Position numbers and translations under genes: made by a program
Shown here: positions 16,074 through 23,334 of the stretch, in pieces
How positions within the stretch are numbered: the first letter of the stretch is position 1
Layout of the letters: every line of letters starts with the position of its first letter
The notes under the pieces: model-generated
Told to the model about the DNA's origin: nothing
The model's database searches: none
The model's input: only the letters and a program-made list of their open reading frames with translations
Origin: a virus
IMG/VR virus record: IMGVR_UViG_3300031825_000041
Span: 1 to 39,909 of that record
Reading direction: 5' to 3' (one strand)
DNA length: 39,909 bases

Positions 16074-16462
16074 AGATTTTTAATTCTCTCCTTGTAATCT
16101 GCTTCTATAGCCTCATAATCAGCAATCCTGTATTTGACTGGTATTCTTGCTTTACTAACAATCTCATCATAGGTCGCCAAACCAAGTTCATCTATCAACT
16201 TACGGGTAAAGATTTGGTATTGACCTCGACCCCAAATATTACAGCCTGCACATTGAGGTCTGACTACACGCTCCTCAAAGAGTATTGCGTTATTACGACC
16301 ACCTATGCCGTGTCCTGCATTCATATTCTTGTAATCAGTGATCTTTCCGCATGTATAACATCGAACACATTTATCAAACTCCTCAGTGTCTTTCAACCTT
16401 ACCCACAGGCTAAATGCCTTCCATGCCTTTTTTTTAGCACTACTTAATGTTATTTTTTTCAT
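16070..16462 (-). CDS. NinG/Rap-like recombination nuclease
   Basis: AWKAFSLWVRLKD ... CYTCGK ... AGHGIGGRNNAILFEERVVRPQCAGCNIWGRGQYQIF matches the lambda NinG family pattern. Confidence 0.6.
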   Translation of the reverse strand: MKKITLSSAKKKAWKAFSLWVRLKDTEEFDKCVRCYTCGKITDYKNMNAGHGIGGRNNAILFEERVVRPQCAGCNIWGRGQYQIFTRKLIDELGLATYDEIVSKARIPVKYRIADYEAIEADYKERIKNL

Positions 16463-16465
16463 ATT

Positions 16466-16738
16466 TTATTTCCCTTCATATTGCCACATAACCGCATTAC
16501 AATAAGCATGTACAGCTCCCTGAGTTTCATCGGTCACATGATTGTGTTGTAGATGTACTGGATATTTCAGAAAGTTAGCTGGAAAATAATCCCAATCAAT
16601 TATTTTGCCTGTAATCCGTTTTGGTGGATCTTTACTCAAATCCTCTTTACAATAAAAACACTTACCATTTTGAGATTTAATGTAATCCTCTCTGACCGTT
16701 CTTCTCTCTTGTAGTGTTAATTTTGAATATTTTTTCAT
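16466..16738 (-). CDS. Endonuclease VII-like (HNH-type) resolvase
   Basis: CFYC ... HLQHNHVTDETQGAVHAYCNAVM resembles the T4 EndoVII motif DHDHxTGxxRGxLCxxCN. Confidence 0.55.
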   Translation of the reverse strand: MKKYSKLTLQERRTVREDYIKSQNGKCFYCKEDLSKDPPKRITGKIIDWDYFPANFLKYPVHLQHNHVTDETQGAVHAYCNAVMWQYEGK

Positions 16739-16839
16739 ATCTTTAAAATCATCCCCACAATCATTCCAATAAGAAGTAACCCTCCAAATGCTATCTCGCC
16801 TATTGTTAACTGCCTATCTGATAAATGTTTAATGGTCAT
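16735..16839 (-). CDS. Small membrane peptide, 34 aa (internal start of the ORF listed at 16735-16935)
   Basis: The ATG at 16839 lies 1 nt after the methyltransferase stop. Translation MTIKHLSDRQLTIGEIAFGGLLLIGMIVGMILKI. The longer version would overlap the methyltransferase by 95 nt. Confidence 0.45.
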   Translation of the reverse strand: MTIKHLSDRQLTIGEIAFGGLLLIGMIVGMILKI

Positions 16840-16840
16840 A

Positions 16841-17530
16841 TTATTGATTTGCTTTAAAAAACGCATTTGCAAATCCTGCTGGTGTGATTGAACGTAATTC
16901 TTTTCTTGTTCTTTTATTGCCGGGCACTTCATCAACGGGACTTTTTAATGCTTTAATTTCCGACATAAGCAATGCATCGAACTTCTTATCATTCTTCATC
17001 ACCCATTTTTCCAATTTAACCGGTTCGTTGAAATATCCCCATAGAGCTGTATTCTTCTTATAACCATCACCAAATTCATAAGGCTGAAACGTATATACCG
17101 GCTTTCCTATATGCCATTTCAACATACCAAGATTAGGGTTTTCTAATGCCCAAAACTTTAAAGGTGGTAATTTTTGGAATTGGTTATGCAGCGTCCGCTG
17201 ACAAGCGCTTATAATCTCAAAACATTTATTGACCAATGCCATACTGTTAGTTAAATCTCTGGGTCGTTTTGGACTCAATCGAACAAAACTAAACATGGTA
17301 CAGGGTGGAGCTGCGAGAATACCGTAGACATCCTTTGGATCAATCACAAGTGCGACACCAGTATCATCACCGGCTCTAAAATTTATCTTATTATCTTCAA
17401 AAGTGGTATACATAATGTCATATTCAGGAACAGTGATAACCTTCACATCATAGCCAGCCTTTTTATATGGCCTACTCCATGCTCCTGTTCCTCCGCATAA
17501 ATCTAAAATAATTTTGTTTTCGTTATTCAT
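16841..17530 (-). CDS. DNA (cytosine-5) methyltransferase, short form
   Basis: Motif I DLCGGTGAW, motif IV AAPPCTMFS, motif VI ALENP; 229 aa. Confidence 0.65.
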   Translation of the reverse strand: MNNENKIILDLCGGTGAWSRPYKKAGYDVKVITVPEYDIMYTTFEDNKINFRAGDDTGVALVIDPKDVYGILAAPPCTMFSFVRLSPKRPRDLTNSMALVNKCFEIISACQRTLHNQFQKLPPLKFWALENPNLGMLKWHIGKPVYTFQPYEFGDGYKKNTALWGYFNEPVKLEKWVMKNDKKFDALLMSEIKALKSPVDEVPGNKRTRKELRSITPAGFANAFFKANQ

Positions 17531-17543
17531 ACTTTCTCTTTCT

Positions 17544-17586
17544 GCGTGGTATTAAGTCCCGATTTAATCGGGATAAGCTGCCACGC
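17544..17586. promoter_or_regulatory. Nested hairpin containing palindrome TCCCGAT-nnn-ATCGGGA (copy 2 of 2)
   Basis: Outer stem gcgtgg/ccacgc and inner stem tcccgat-tta-atcggga (17557-17573), just upstream of the methyltransferase start. Confidence 0.5.
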
Positions 17587-17588
17587 CT

Positions 17589-17672
17589 CTATTTCAACCT
17601 CATAACTACCCAAAGTAATCCCAACAACATCGCTAGAGCTAGTAAATATAATAAATTTTGTTGGTTTAGCAT
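17589..17672 (-). CDS. Small hydrophobic peptide, 27 aa (not in ORF track)
   Basis: Manual translation: MLNQQNLLYLLALAMLLGLLWVVMRLK. Confidence 0.35.
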   Translation of the reverse strand: MLNQQNLLYLLALAMLLGLLWVVMRLK

Positions 17673-17673
17673 A

Positions 17674-17826
17674 TTATGTTTTCTTTTTTAATAACTTCTC
17701 TTTTGCTATTTTTAAGCTCCGCGCTTGTAAAACTATCGTCTCCTGTCTGCTTCTCTTAGTTGCCGGATCGGCATACTCTTTTCTTAATTTATCTAACCTG
17801 TCGTCTATTTCCTGTATTGTAAGCAT
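17674..17826 (-). CDS. Small helical ORF, 50 aa (not in ORF track)
   Basis: Manual translation: MLTIQEIDDRLDKLRKEYADPATKRSRQETIVLQARSLKIAKEKLLKKKT. No SD; TAATAT lies 9 nt upstream of the ATG. Confidence 0.4.
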   Translation of the reverse strand: MLTIQEIDDRLDKLRKEYADPATKRSRQETIVLQARSLKIAKEKLLKKKT

Positions 17827-17859
17827 ATTTGTAAATATTATCGTCTATATGTCTATATA

Positions 17860-18158
17860 AAACTATATCACTGTTCTTGCGGCTACGCCGCCTCTACCCA
17901 TAACTTTGCTCTATTCCCTCTGCCTAGATCTTCTCTCCGGTAGGTTCCTAGTCCTCCCTCTGGTATGGTTGTTACTTAATACCAGATAAGTGTTTCTATT
18001 CACCGTCTGAGTGAGTCTGAGTAGAGAGCCGACTAGTCCATTTTTATTCGCAAACTATTACTAGAAAATGGCGGTTGCCGTATCTGCTATCCAAAGTAAT
18101 CTCTTACTTCTATCCGCCCGCCACTTTGCGAGTAACGAGCGAGTAGAAGAACGCAAAG
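17860..18158 (-). ncRNA. Candidate structured RNA or replication-origin-like region (unclassified)
   Basis: About 300 nt with stops in every frame of the strand I translated. Helices: ACTTTGCG/CGCAAAGT, AAGTAA-GAGA-TTACTT (GNRA loop), CTGGTAT/ATACCAG, GCGGC-GTA-GCCGC. Direct repeats: GTCTGAGT x2 and CAGAGGGA x2. Confidence 0.35.
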
Positions 18159-18443
18159 TTATGTCAAAGAACTAAAACCTAACTGTTCAGGCTTAACTAA
18201 TACTTGTCTACTTACCCATTCGCCACGCTCATTTTTATATGTTTTCCATGTCATCTCTTGTTTTTGTGGTTGACGGGTGGTGATAAGATAACCTTTTTCT
18301 TTAAGCTCTTTGACTCGTACTGGAAGCTGGATATATTTCATTCTCCATTGATAAGAGTTCATTCCTCTAACACCCGATCCTTTAAGGACTTGTAATATTT
18401 CTGATTGCTGTTTATTTAATTTCATATATTCCTTTCTACCCAC
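18159..18443 (-). CDS. Putative winged-helix DNA-binding protein, 94 aa
   Basis: The segment SEILQVLKGSGVRGMNSYQWRMKYIQLPVRVKELKEKGYLITT resembles a wHTH. Weak call. Confidence 0.4.
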   Translation of the reverse strand: MGRKEYMKLNKQQSEILQVLKGSGVRGMNSYQWRMKYIQLPVRVKELKEKGYLITTRQPQKQEMTWKTYKNERGEWVSRQVLVKPEQLGFSSLT

Positions 18444-18862
18444 TTTATGAGTCTCGCTTTAGTATTGAAAACAAAGTATTGACTTCCGGTTGATTTCGAA
18501 GCACTTAATTCATAACCATTTTCTCTTTTAGTGATATTGATGATTAAATACAGTTCTTTTGGTTTAACTTTCTTCACAGGCTCTTTAGGTATTACGAACT
18601 TGACGTTATCCATATTCCATGACTCACCGTCATATGGTTGTTTACGGGGCTTGGTGACCTTTTTAGAGGGTTTAAGAAGTTCTAGTTCAGATAAATTATA
18701 GACACTATGTTTTTCTCCTGCACTACCTGTTAAAGTTGCCCAACCATCTTTAGTGATTGTTTTTATTTTCCCAATCGAACCGATGGAGTCGCAATGGTTA
18801 CCATAAATACAATCAATAATTTTTACTCTGTCGCCTATTTTAAATTTATATTCTTTTTTCAT
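18422..18862 (-). CDS. Hypothetical protein, 146 aa
   Basis: ORF track; the N-terminus looks like a small beta-barrel (KIGDRVKII). Confidence 0.6.
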   Translation of the reverse strand: MKKEYKFKIGDRVKIIDCIYGNHCDSIGSIGKIKTITKDGWATLTGSAGEKHSVYNLSELELLKPSKKVTKPRKQPYDGESWNMDNVKFVIPKEPVKKVKPKELYLIINITKRENGYELSASKSTGSQYFVFNTKARLIKWVERNI

Positions 18863-18901
18863 ATTTCTCTTATGCCCAAAATAAAGAGAATGGGCAGTAA
18901 C

Positions 18902-19408
18902 TCATTTTAATAATTTCAATTTATTTATTCTTCTAGTCATCCATAAATCGATTTTTTTAATGGCGGCACTCTCGGCACTCCAGGCGGCACTCTGATGCGC
19001 TTCACAAGGACACTTTTTATATGCTATCGCTGCTTCGATTGCTTTTCTTGGTCGATCATCGTTTGGGTATACATCTTCAAAATTTTTAAGAACTAATTTA
19101 GCGCAGTAGATAGCCAAATCAACACTATCTCCTTTTTGCCATTTATATGCTTTAACTATTCTCATTTCTGAGTAAGCTTCTTTATCATTCTGAATATCAG
19201 ATGCGCCTTTACATTCAACAACGGCCAAGATTTCTCCTTGAATATATGAAAATGCTTGGTAAACTTTTTTGGAGCAATGGAAACCTCTTTCACATAACTT
19301 AACAACTCCTTTTGTCTTTTTCCATTCTCCAATTGTCCAAGCCTCATTACCTGAGTCAGATTTAATTTTTCCGTTTATTTCTCTTAAAAATTTATATCTA
19401 GTTATCAT
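18902..19408 (-). CDS. Hypothetical protein, 168 aa
   Basis: ORF track; the nested ORF 19162-19347 is judged spurious. Confidence 0.65.
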   Translation of the reverse strand: MITRYKFLREINGKIKSDSGNEAWTIGEWKKTKGVVKLCERGFHCSKKVYQAFSYIQGEILAVVECKGASDIQNDKEAYSEMRIVKAYKWQKGDSVDLAIYCAKLVLKNFEDVYPNDDRPRKAIEAAIAYKKCPCEAHQSAAWSAESAAIKKIDLWMTRRINKLKLLK

Positions 19409-19673
19409 AATTCTCTTTCTTAAAAGCTAGGCATTTTATTATTAAGGACTTCATGTCCACCTAGCCTTTAACCAGTGCTACTGCCTTTGAGCCAAATTCT
19501 TGCCTATTATTGACTCAAAGTAGTCGGAGTCATACTTCCAGTATTGCGTTTACTGGGTATTTAGGCTTCGCATGGGTGTTTTGCACCCTCTTCGGTCAGC
19601 CAGCCGCAAGCACATACCCGACTACTCTCAATCAACAATTTAAAGTTCTCTCCTGATCAATTAATAAAACCCT
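19409..19673 (-). ncRNA. Candidate structured non-coding RNA (unclassified), minus strand
   Basis: 265-nt ORF-free gap with at least 6 helices. These include a 12-bp long-range helix (19617-19628 with 19517-19528) and an 11-bp terminal helix (19460-19470 with 19421-19431). Their non-Watson-Crick positions are G-U only when read on the minus strand. Confidence 0.45.
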
Positions 19674-20105
19674 CTAATAATCACTAAATTCCGGTTCATC
19701 ATTTATCTGTCTTTCTGGAATAGCTGGTGTCTGTATTGGCTGTGGCCATTCTTTATATTGGCACCCATATGATTGCTTTGTCTGAAAATTATATTTATTG
19801 TTTTCGCATTTAATAGGTGCTTTGCTTCCTACTGCTGGCTTAATAAGTCTTCCTCCATCCGTAGGGCATGTGCGACCTTCAATATATTCAACTGGTGCAG
19901 ATGGTTTTTTACCAAAGCTATTTTGAGCTAAAGGTGTAAATCCGCTTTCAAGCCAATTTTTTTCCATAGCCTTCATCTTAAACATAAGTGTACTTGCCTT
20001 TTCATCTCGCATAGTGAACAGCCATTCAAATCCGTCTTTACTTTTAATTTTTACTGTTGCACTTGCTGGTGCTTCTGGTAATACATTTTTTTGTTCGTTT
20101 TCCAT
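19674..20105 (-). CDS. Hypothetical protein, 143 aa, acidic C-terminal tail
   Basis: ORF track; ends in NDEPEFSDY. No confident family assignment. Confidence 0.6.
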   Translation of the reverse strand: MENEQKNVLPEAPASATVKIKSKDGFEWLFTMRDEKASTLMFKMKAMEKNWLESGFTPLAQNSFGKKPSAPVEYIEGRTCPTDGGRLIKPAVGSKAPIKCENNKYNFQTKQSYGCQYKEWPQPIQTPAIPERQINDEPEFSDY

Positions 20106-20106
20106 A

Positions 20107-20304
20107 TTATTTTTCGCTAACTCCTTCCTGAGCTACATATTTTTCTTCTAACTCTTTGCAATCTTCATTCATACGATTACCAACTGCGCATCTTGTATAC
20201 CAATTACCAAATTGATCTTTACCCCAAAACCCTAGAGGATGAACCTGACACCACTTCTTCTCTTGGTTTGATCTCTCTACAAATGACACACTTGGCTTAT
20301 ACAT
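20107..20304 (-). CDS. Hypothetical protein, 65 aa
   Basis: ORF track. Confidence 0.6.
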   Translation of the reverse strand: MYKPSVSFVERSNQEKKWCQVHPLGFWGKDQFGNWYTRCAVGNRMNEDCKELEEKYVAQEGVSEK

Positions 20305-20489
20305 TATTTAAATACCTCCTCTAACTCTCTTTGTGTCTTTGGCTTCATCTTACTGACAGCGTTTTTATTAAGCTCTAGAACCCCATGAGTTATCTCTTTT
20401 GCTAGTTCGTTCTGAGCTTCAGCGTTAACTAAAGTTCTTTCAGAGATTATTTGATTAACTAATCTTTCAATTTTTGTACTGTATTTCAT
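20304..20489 (-). CDS. Hypothetical protein, 61 aa
   Basis: ORF track. Confidence 0.6.
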   Translation of the reverse strand: MKYSTKIERLVNQIISERTLVNAEAQNELAKEITHGVLELNKNAVSKMKPKTQRELEEVFK

Positions 20490-20686
20490 TATTTCTCCAA
20501 TTCTTCAAACTTTTTCTTCAATAAATAACATTCAATTTTCGTTCCTCTAATATATTTACCAAGTAAATCTTTGTTAATCTGTGCCCATGTCTCAAGGTCT
20601 TTAAAACCTTCTTCAATCTTTTTCCATGCTTCATCTTGTAATAATATTGTTTGATCGTTCATAGTTATCTGTTTAAATCTAAGCAT
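20489..20686 (-). CDS. Hypothetical protein, 65 aa
   Basis: ORF track. Confidence 0.6.
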   Translation of the reverse strand: MLRFKQITMNDQTILLQDEAWKKIEEGFKDLETWAQINKDLLGKYIRGTKIECYLLKKKFEELEK

Positions 20687-20847
20687 CTAACTGGTGCACT
20701 TTGAATTGATAATCCACTACAAGCTATTCTTAATTCTTCCTTTGTTTTTGCATTGTTAACACGATCATTAATCTGAGTCCAACTAACAAAAGCCAAAGCT
20801 ATTAATCCTACCATTACTGCTAATGTTACTAATGCTATTTTGTCCAT
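20665..20847 (-). CDS. Small membrane protein, 60 aa
   Basis: TM segment IALVTLAVMVGLIALAFVSW. Confidence 0.55.
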   Translation of the reverse strand: MDKIALVTLAVMVGLIALAFVSWTQINDRVNNAKTKEELRIACSGLSIQSAPVRCLDLNR

Positions 20848-20849
20848 AG

Positions 20850-21416
20850 TTAGTACCAGTTATGCTCCTTCCAGAATGCCCATGCTTCTTTAGGTGTGCC
20901 ATATCTTGATTTGATATAGTTAAACCCAAACTTGATTTGATCTTCTAAGTCAGTGCCACCCATCTTTGAACAAGGAAGGGCTTGGAATAACCCACACGCT
21001 CCACCATTTGGATTGACAGCCTTTGGATCCCAACCAGACTCATGGATTACTATCTGATCAAAAGCATCTACCTGATCCTCTCCGAACTCAATTTTGACTA
21101 AAGAAAGTACAATTTCTCTTGTCTTCATATCTGGATTGACTTTCATAGGCAGATCGACAGTAAACTTCTCAGTGTATGGAGCTGAAGCATCTGCCTTAGG
21201 AGCATTAACAATAGGCATTAAAGCATTAGTTAAAACAAAAACTACTAAAGTCATTACAGTTGCTTTGTAAATAATCCTTTTGAATTTGTTTAAGAACTTA
21301 GCTAAGAGTTTAAGTAGGTAGAAAAAGATAATAATTACTAAAGCAATTGGATAAGCGATAACATCAGCTACTTTTTTTTCCGGTGCTCTTAATGGTTCGT
21401 GCAAGAGGTTTTTCAT
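20850..21416 (-). CDS. Membrane-anchored transglycosylase-like muralytic protein
   Basis: Two N-terminal TM segments. The C-terminal HESGWDPKAVNPNGGACGLFQALPCSKMGG resembles the transglycosylase-like domain of Gram-positive surface proteins. Confidence 0.55.
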   Translation of the reverse strand: MKNLLHEPLRAPEKKVADVIAYPIALVIIIFFYLLKLLAKFLNKFKRIIYKATVMTLVVFVLTNALMPIVNAPKADASAPYTEKFTVDLPMKVNPDMKTREIVLSLVKIEFGEDQVDAFDQIVIHESGWDPKAVNPNGGACGLFQALPCSKMGGTDLEDQIKFGFNYIKSRYGTPKEAWAFWKEHNWY

Positions 21417-21634
21417 TTATCTCCTTTCGCTTTTGGAAATCTGCTTCTGACGGCTTCAACTGACATACTGAGGATTTTTGATATATCTGTATAAGAATAG
21501 TCAAACTTGGTGTAGAGATGCTGAATTACAAGATTTGTAGGCTTGTTATAGTAGATTGATAATTTGCTTAGAGCCTCGTTAAACTCGAGCTGATTGCCCT
21601 TTGGTCTAGATTGTGTTATAATTTTCTTAGTCAT
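21413..21634 (-). CDS. Small HTH protein (sigma region-4/Cro/Xis-like), first gene of the leftward operon
   Basis: YSYTDISKILSMSVEAVRSRF resembles an HTH. No SD; the ATG abuts a 9-bp hairpin. Confidence 0.4.
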   Translation of the reverse strand: MTKKIITQSRPKGNQLEFNEALSKLSIYYNKPTNLVIQHLYTKFDYSYTDISKILSMSVEAVRSRFPKAKGDK

Positions 21635-21669
21635 AAAGCTGTTTTCGTTTAGAGAACAGCTTTTTTTTT
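21635..21669. terminator. 9-bp hairpin with a T9 run on the plus strand, abutting the first early gene
   Basis: aaagctgtt-ttcgtttagag-aacagcttt followed by tttttt. This is terminator-like only when read on the plus strand. Confidence 0.4.
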
Positions 21670-21748
21670 GTGAGTTAGACTAAAATTTTCGGACTAGGCC
21701 CACAACTTTAGTACGAAAGTTTTAATTGCTGTTTCTAAATCTGTCCCT

Positions 21749-21777
21749 ATGGTAGCATACTTTTTTTCTGGTGTCAA
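21749..21777 (-). promoter_or_regulatory. Candidate early leftward promoter TTGACA-17-TGcTACCAT
   Basis: Minus strand TTGACA (21777-21772), 17-bp spacer ending in TG, then TACCAT (21754-21749). Confidence 0.4.
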
Positions 21778-21863
21778 GAGCCAGTTTAAGGCTAAATAAT
21801 TTAATTATATTTTAATAATGTTTTAATATTATTAACTTTCAGTTCGCTAACTCACCGAATAAA

Positions 21864-22829
21864 GTGAATGAGTTAACAAACTTCAAGTTATATATTATAA
21901 GATCGGGGAGAAAAAAGCGAACGGCAGAACTGCACGTTTCACTGTTATCCCGCCTCTTTAAAGCGTCAAAAAATCTAAATCTAGACCAGATTAATAATTT
22001 TCTTCTAAGCCTAATTGAGTCGGGGAGGAAGGCAACTTACGTCAATGATTACATCGACACACTAAGAGTTTACGGCAGGTTTATCAAAGATGACAGGTTC
22101 AATTCGTTAGAATATTTTAAAGAAGATATTTTTATCCAGGCGACCATGTCTGATGCGGAGATTGAGGCTTTTCTCTCCCTGCCCCCGCCGACTAACGGTG
22201 AGAGAGTAAAGAATAATTACGCAGTTTGGACATTATTTTTTAAAATCTTAGCTTATTCGGGAATGCGGCCAGGAGAAGTCGCCCACCTAGCAATCGACAG
22301 AGTAGATTTCGGCCGCCAGGTCTTTGTTTTAGAAGATACGAAGACTAACACCCCCCGCTACGTTCCCATCGCTCCTGCGCTTCTTAGTGACCTCACAGAT
22401 CATATTAAAACCCTAACTGGCGATAAGCTATTTCCCTCTACCAGAGGGGGAAAGTTTAGGCAAAACGGAGTAGTTAATGATGTAGACTGGGGATATAACT
22501 TCCACTCAAGAATTAAACGATTGGGGATTAAAAGAAAAAACCTCCGCCCCTACTCTCTAAGGCCTTCATTTATTACTAGAATGTTAGACGAGGATGTGAA
22601 TATTTTTAAAGTTCAGAAGATTGTCGGCCATAGACAAATCTCAACCACTGCCCACTATACCCACCTAACGACTAAAGATATAACCAGAGCTATAAATAAA
22701 GACCCTTTATCAAGAGCAAGCCTGCCCTATTACGAGAGGTTAAAATTATTCCGGGAAGGGACACGTAAATTACTTGAGGATTTAGCGCAATCCCCCGAAG
22801 AAGAAAAAGAAATGCTTAATAGTCTTTAA
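21864..22829 (+). CDS. int: Tyrosine recombinase / phage integrase
   Basis: SGMRPGEV (Arg), LRPYSLRPSF (box II-like xxLR) and VGHRQISTTAHYTH (His ... Tyr nucleophile); 321 aa, GTG start. Confidence 0.85.
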   Translation: MNELTNFKLYIIRSGRKKRTAELHVSLLSRLFKASKNLNLDQINNFLLSLIESGRKATYVNDYIDTLRVYGRFIKDDRFNSLEYFKEDIFIQATMSDAEIEAFLSLPPPTNGERVKNNYAVWTLFFKILAYSGMRPGEVAHLAIDRVDFGRQVFVLEDTKTNTPRYVPIAPALLSDLTDHIKTLTGDKLFPSTRGGKFRQNGVVNDVDWGYNFHSRIKRLGIKRKNLRPYSLRPSFITRMLDEDVNIFKVQKIVGHRQISTTAHYTHLTTKDITRAINKDPLSRASLPYYERLKLFREGTRKLLEDLAQSPEEEKEMLNSL

Positions 22830-22838
22830 CCCAAAATT

Positions 22839-22904
22839 GGTTGCCCCAAGTTCAAAGGATAGAACTCTACCTGTTGTTACAAATATTGCTCTCAAGGGGC
22901 AACC
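22839..22904. repeat. Inverted repeat GGTTGCCCC ... GGGGCAACC between the convergent int and lysis genes
   Basis: 9-bp GC-rich arms at 22839-22847 and 22896-22904, separated by 48 nt that contain the hairpin AGTTC/GAACT. Confidence 0.6.
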
Positions 22905-22997
22905 TGCTTGTGCTAAGACTCGAGATAAACAAAGCGCAAACGTTTATTTTGGGTCGCTCGCGTGCTAGAAACTTATTCAGTTTATCACATTTTTTGA

Positions 22998-23219
22998 TTA
23001 ATTTCCCTGTTTCAATTTTCTAAAAAAATCAATTCCTACCCCTATTATCCAAACTTTAAAAGCAATTAATAGTTCTGATCCTGTTGCGCCTTTTTGTAAT
23101 AACTCTAATTCGACTAAAGCAACTGGTGCTAAAAAGATAAGAGCATTTTTCCCCAAGCGCTTCCATTCATCTTTATTCATTCTCCATTTTTGACTATATG
23201 ACTCAACGTAAAACATCAT
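22998..23219 (-). CDS. Holin-like small membrane protein, 73 aa
   Basis: Two hydrophobic segments (ALIFLAPVALV, LLIAFKVWIIGVGIDFF), a charged C-terminus, and a position beside the endolysin. Confidence 0.5.
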   Translation of the reverse strand: MMFYVESYSQKWRMNKDEWKRLGKNALIFLAPVALVELELLQKGATGSELLIAFKVWIIGVGIDFFRKLKQGN

Positions 23220-23334
23220 CTAAATCACCTCCTAGTTCTATCTCTAAATACCCATAACTCCCCTCAACTCTTGAGGAGATGACAGTATAGTTAGAGAAAT
23301 AATCTTTAGTAAACTCAGGTAGATAAAAACTCAT
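23203..23334 (-). CDS. Possible small ORF, 43 aa (not in ORF track)
   Basis: ATGA overlap with the endolysin stop; translation MSFYLPEFTKDYFSNYTVISSRVEGSYGYLEIELGGDLDDVLR. May instead be non-coding. Confidence 0.3.
   Translation of the reverse strand: MSFYLPEFTKDYFSNYTVISSRVEGSYGYLEIELGGDLDDVLR

Noticed and set aside
19409-19673. A group I intron was considered for the structured gap. It has GACTA/AGTCC-like elements reminiscent of the R/S boxes.
   Set aside because: The flanking ORFs are complete, separate genes. The upstream ORF ends with its own stop after an acidic tail, and the downstream ORF has its own SD and ATG. There are no exons to join.
22839-22904. A tRNA or tRNA-like gene was considered, because of the acceptor-like arms and a T-arm-like hairpin.
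   Set aside because: The interior is only 48 nt. The putative T-loop has 8 nt and lacks the TTCRA consensus. No D arm or anticodon arm can be drawn. I found no other tRNA-like sequence in the window.
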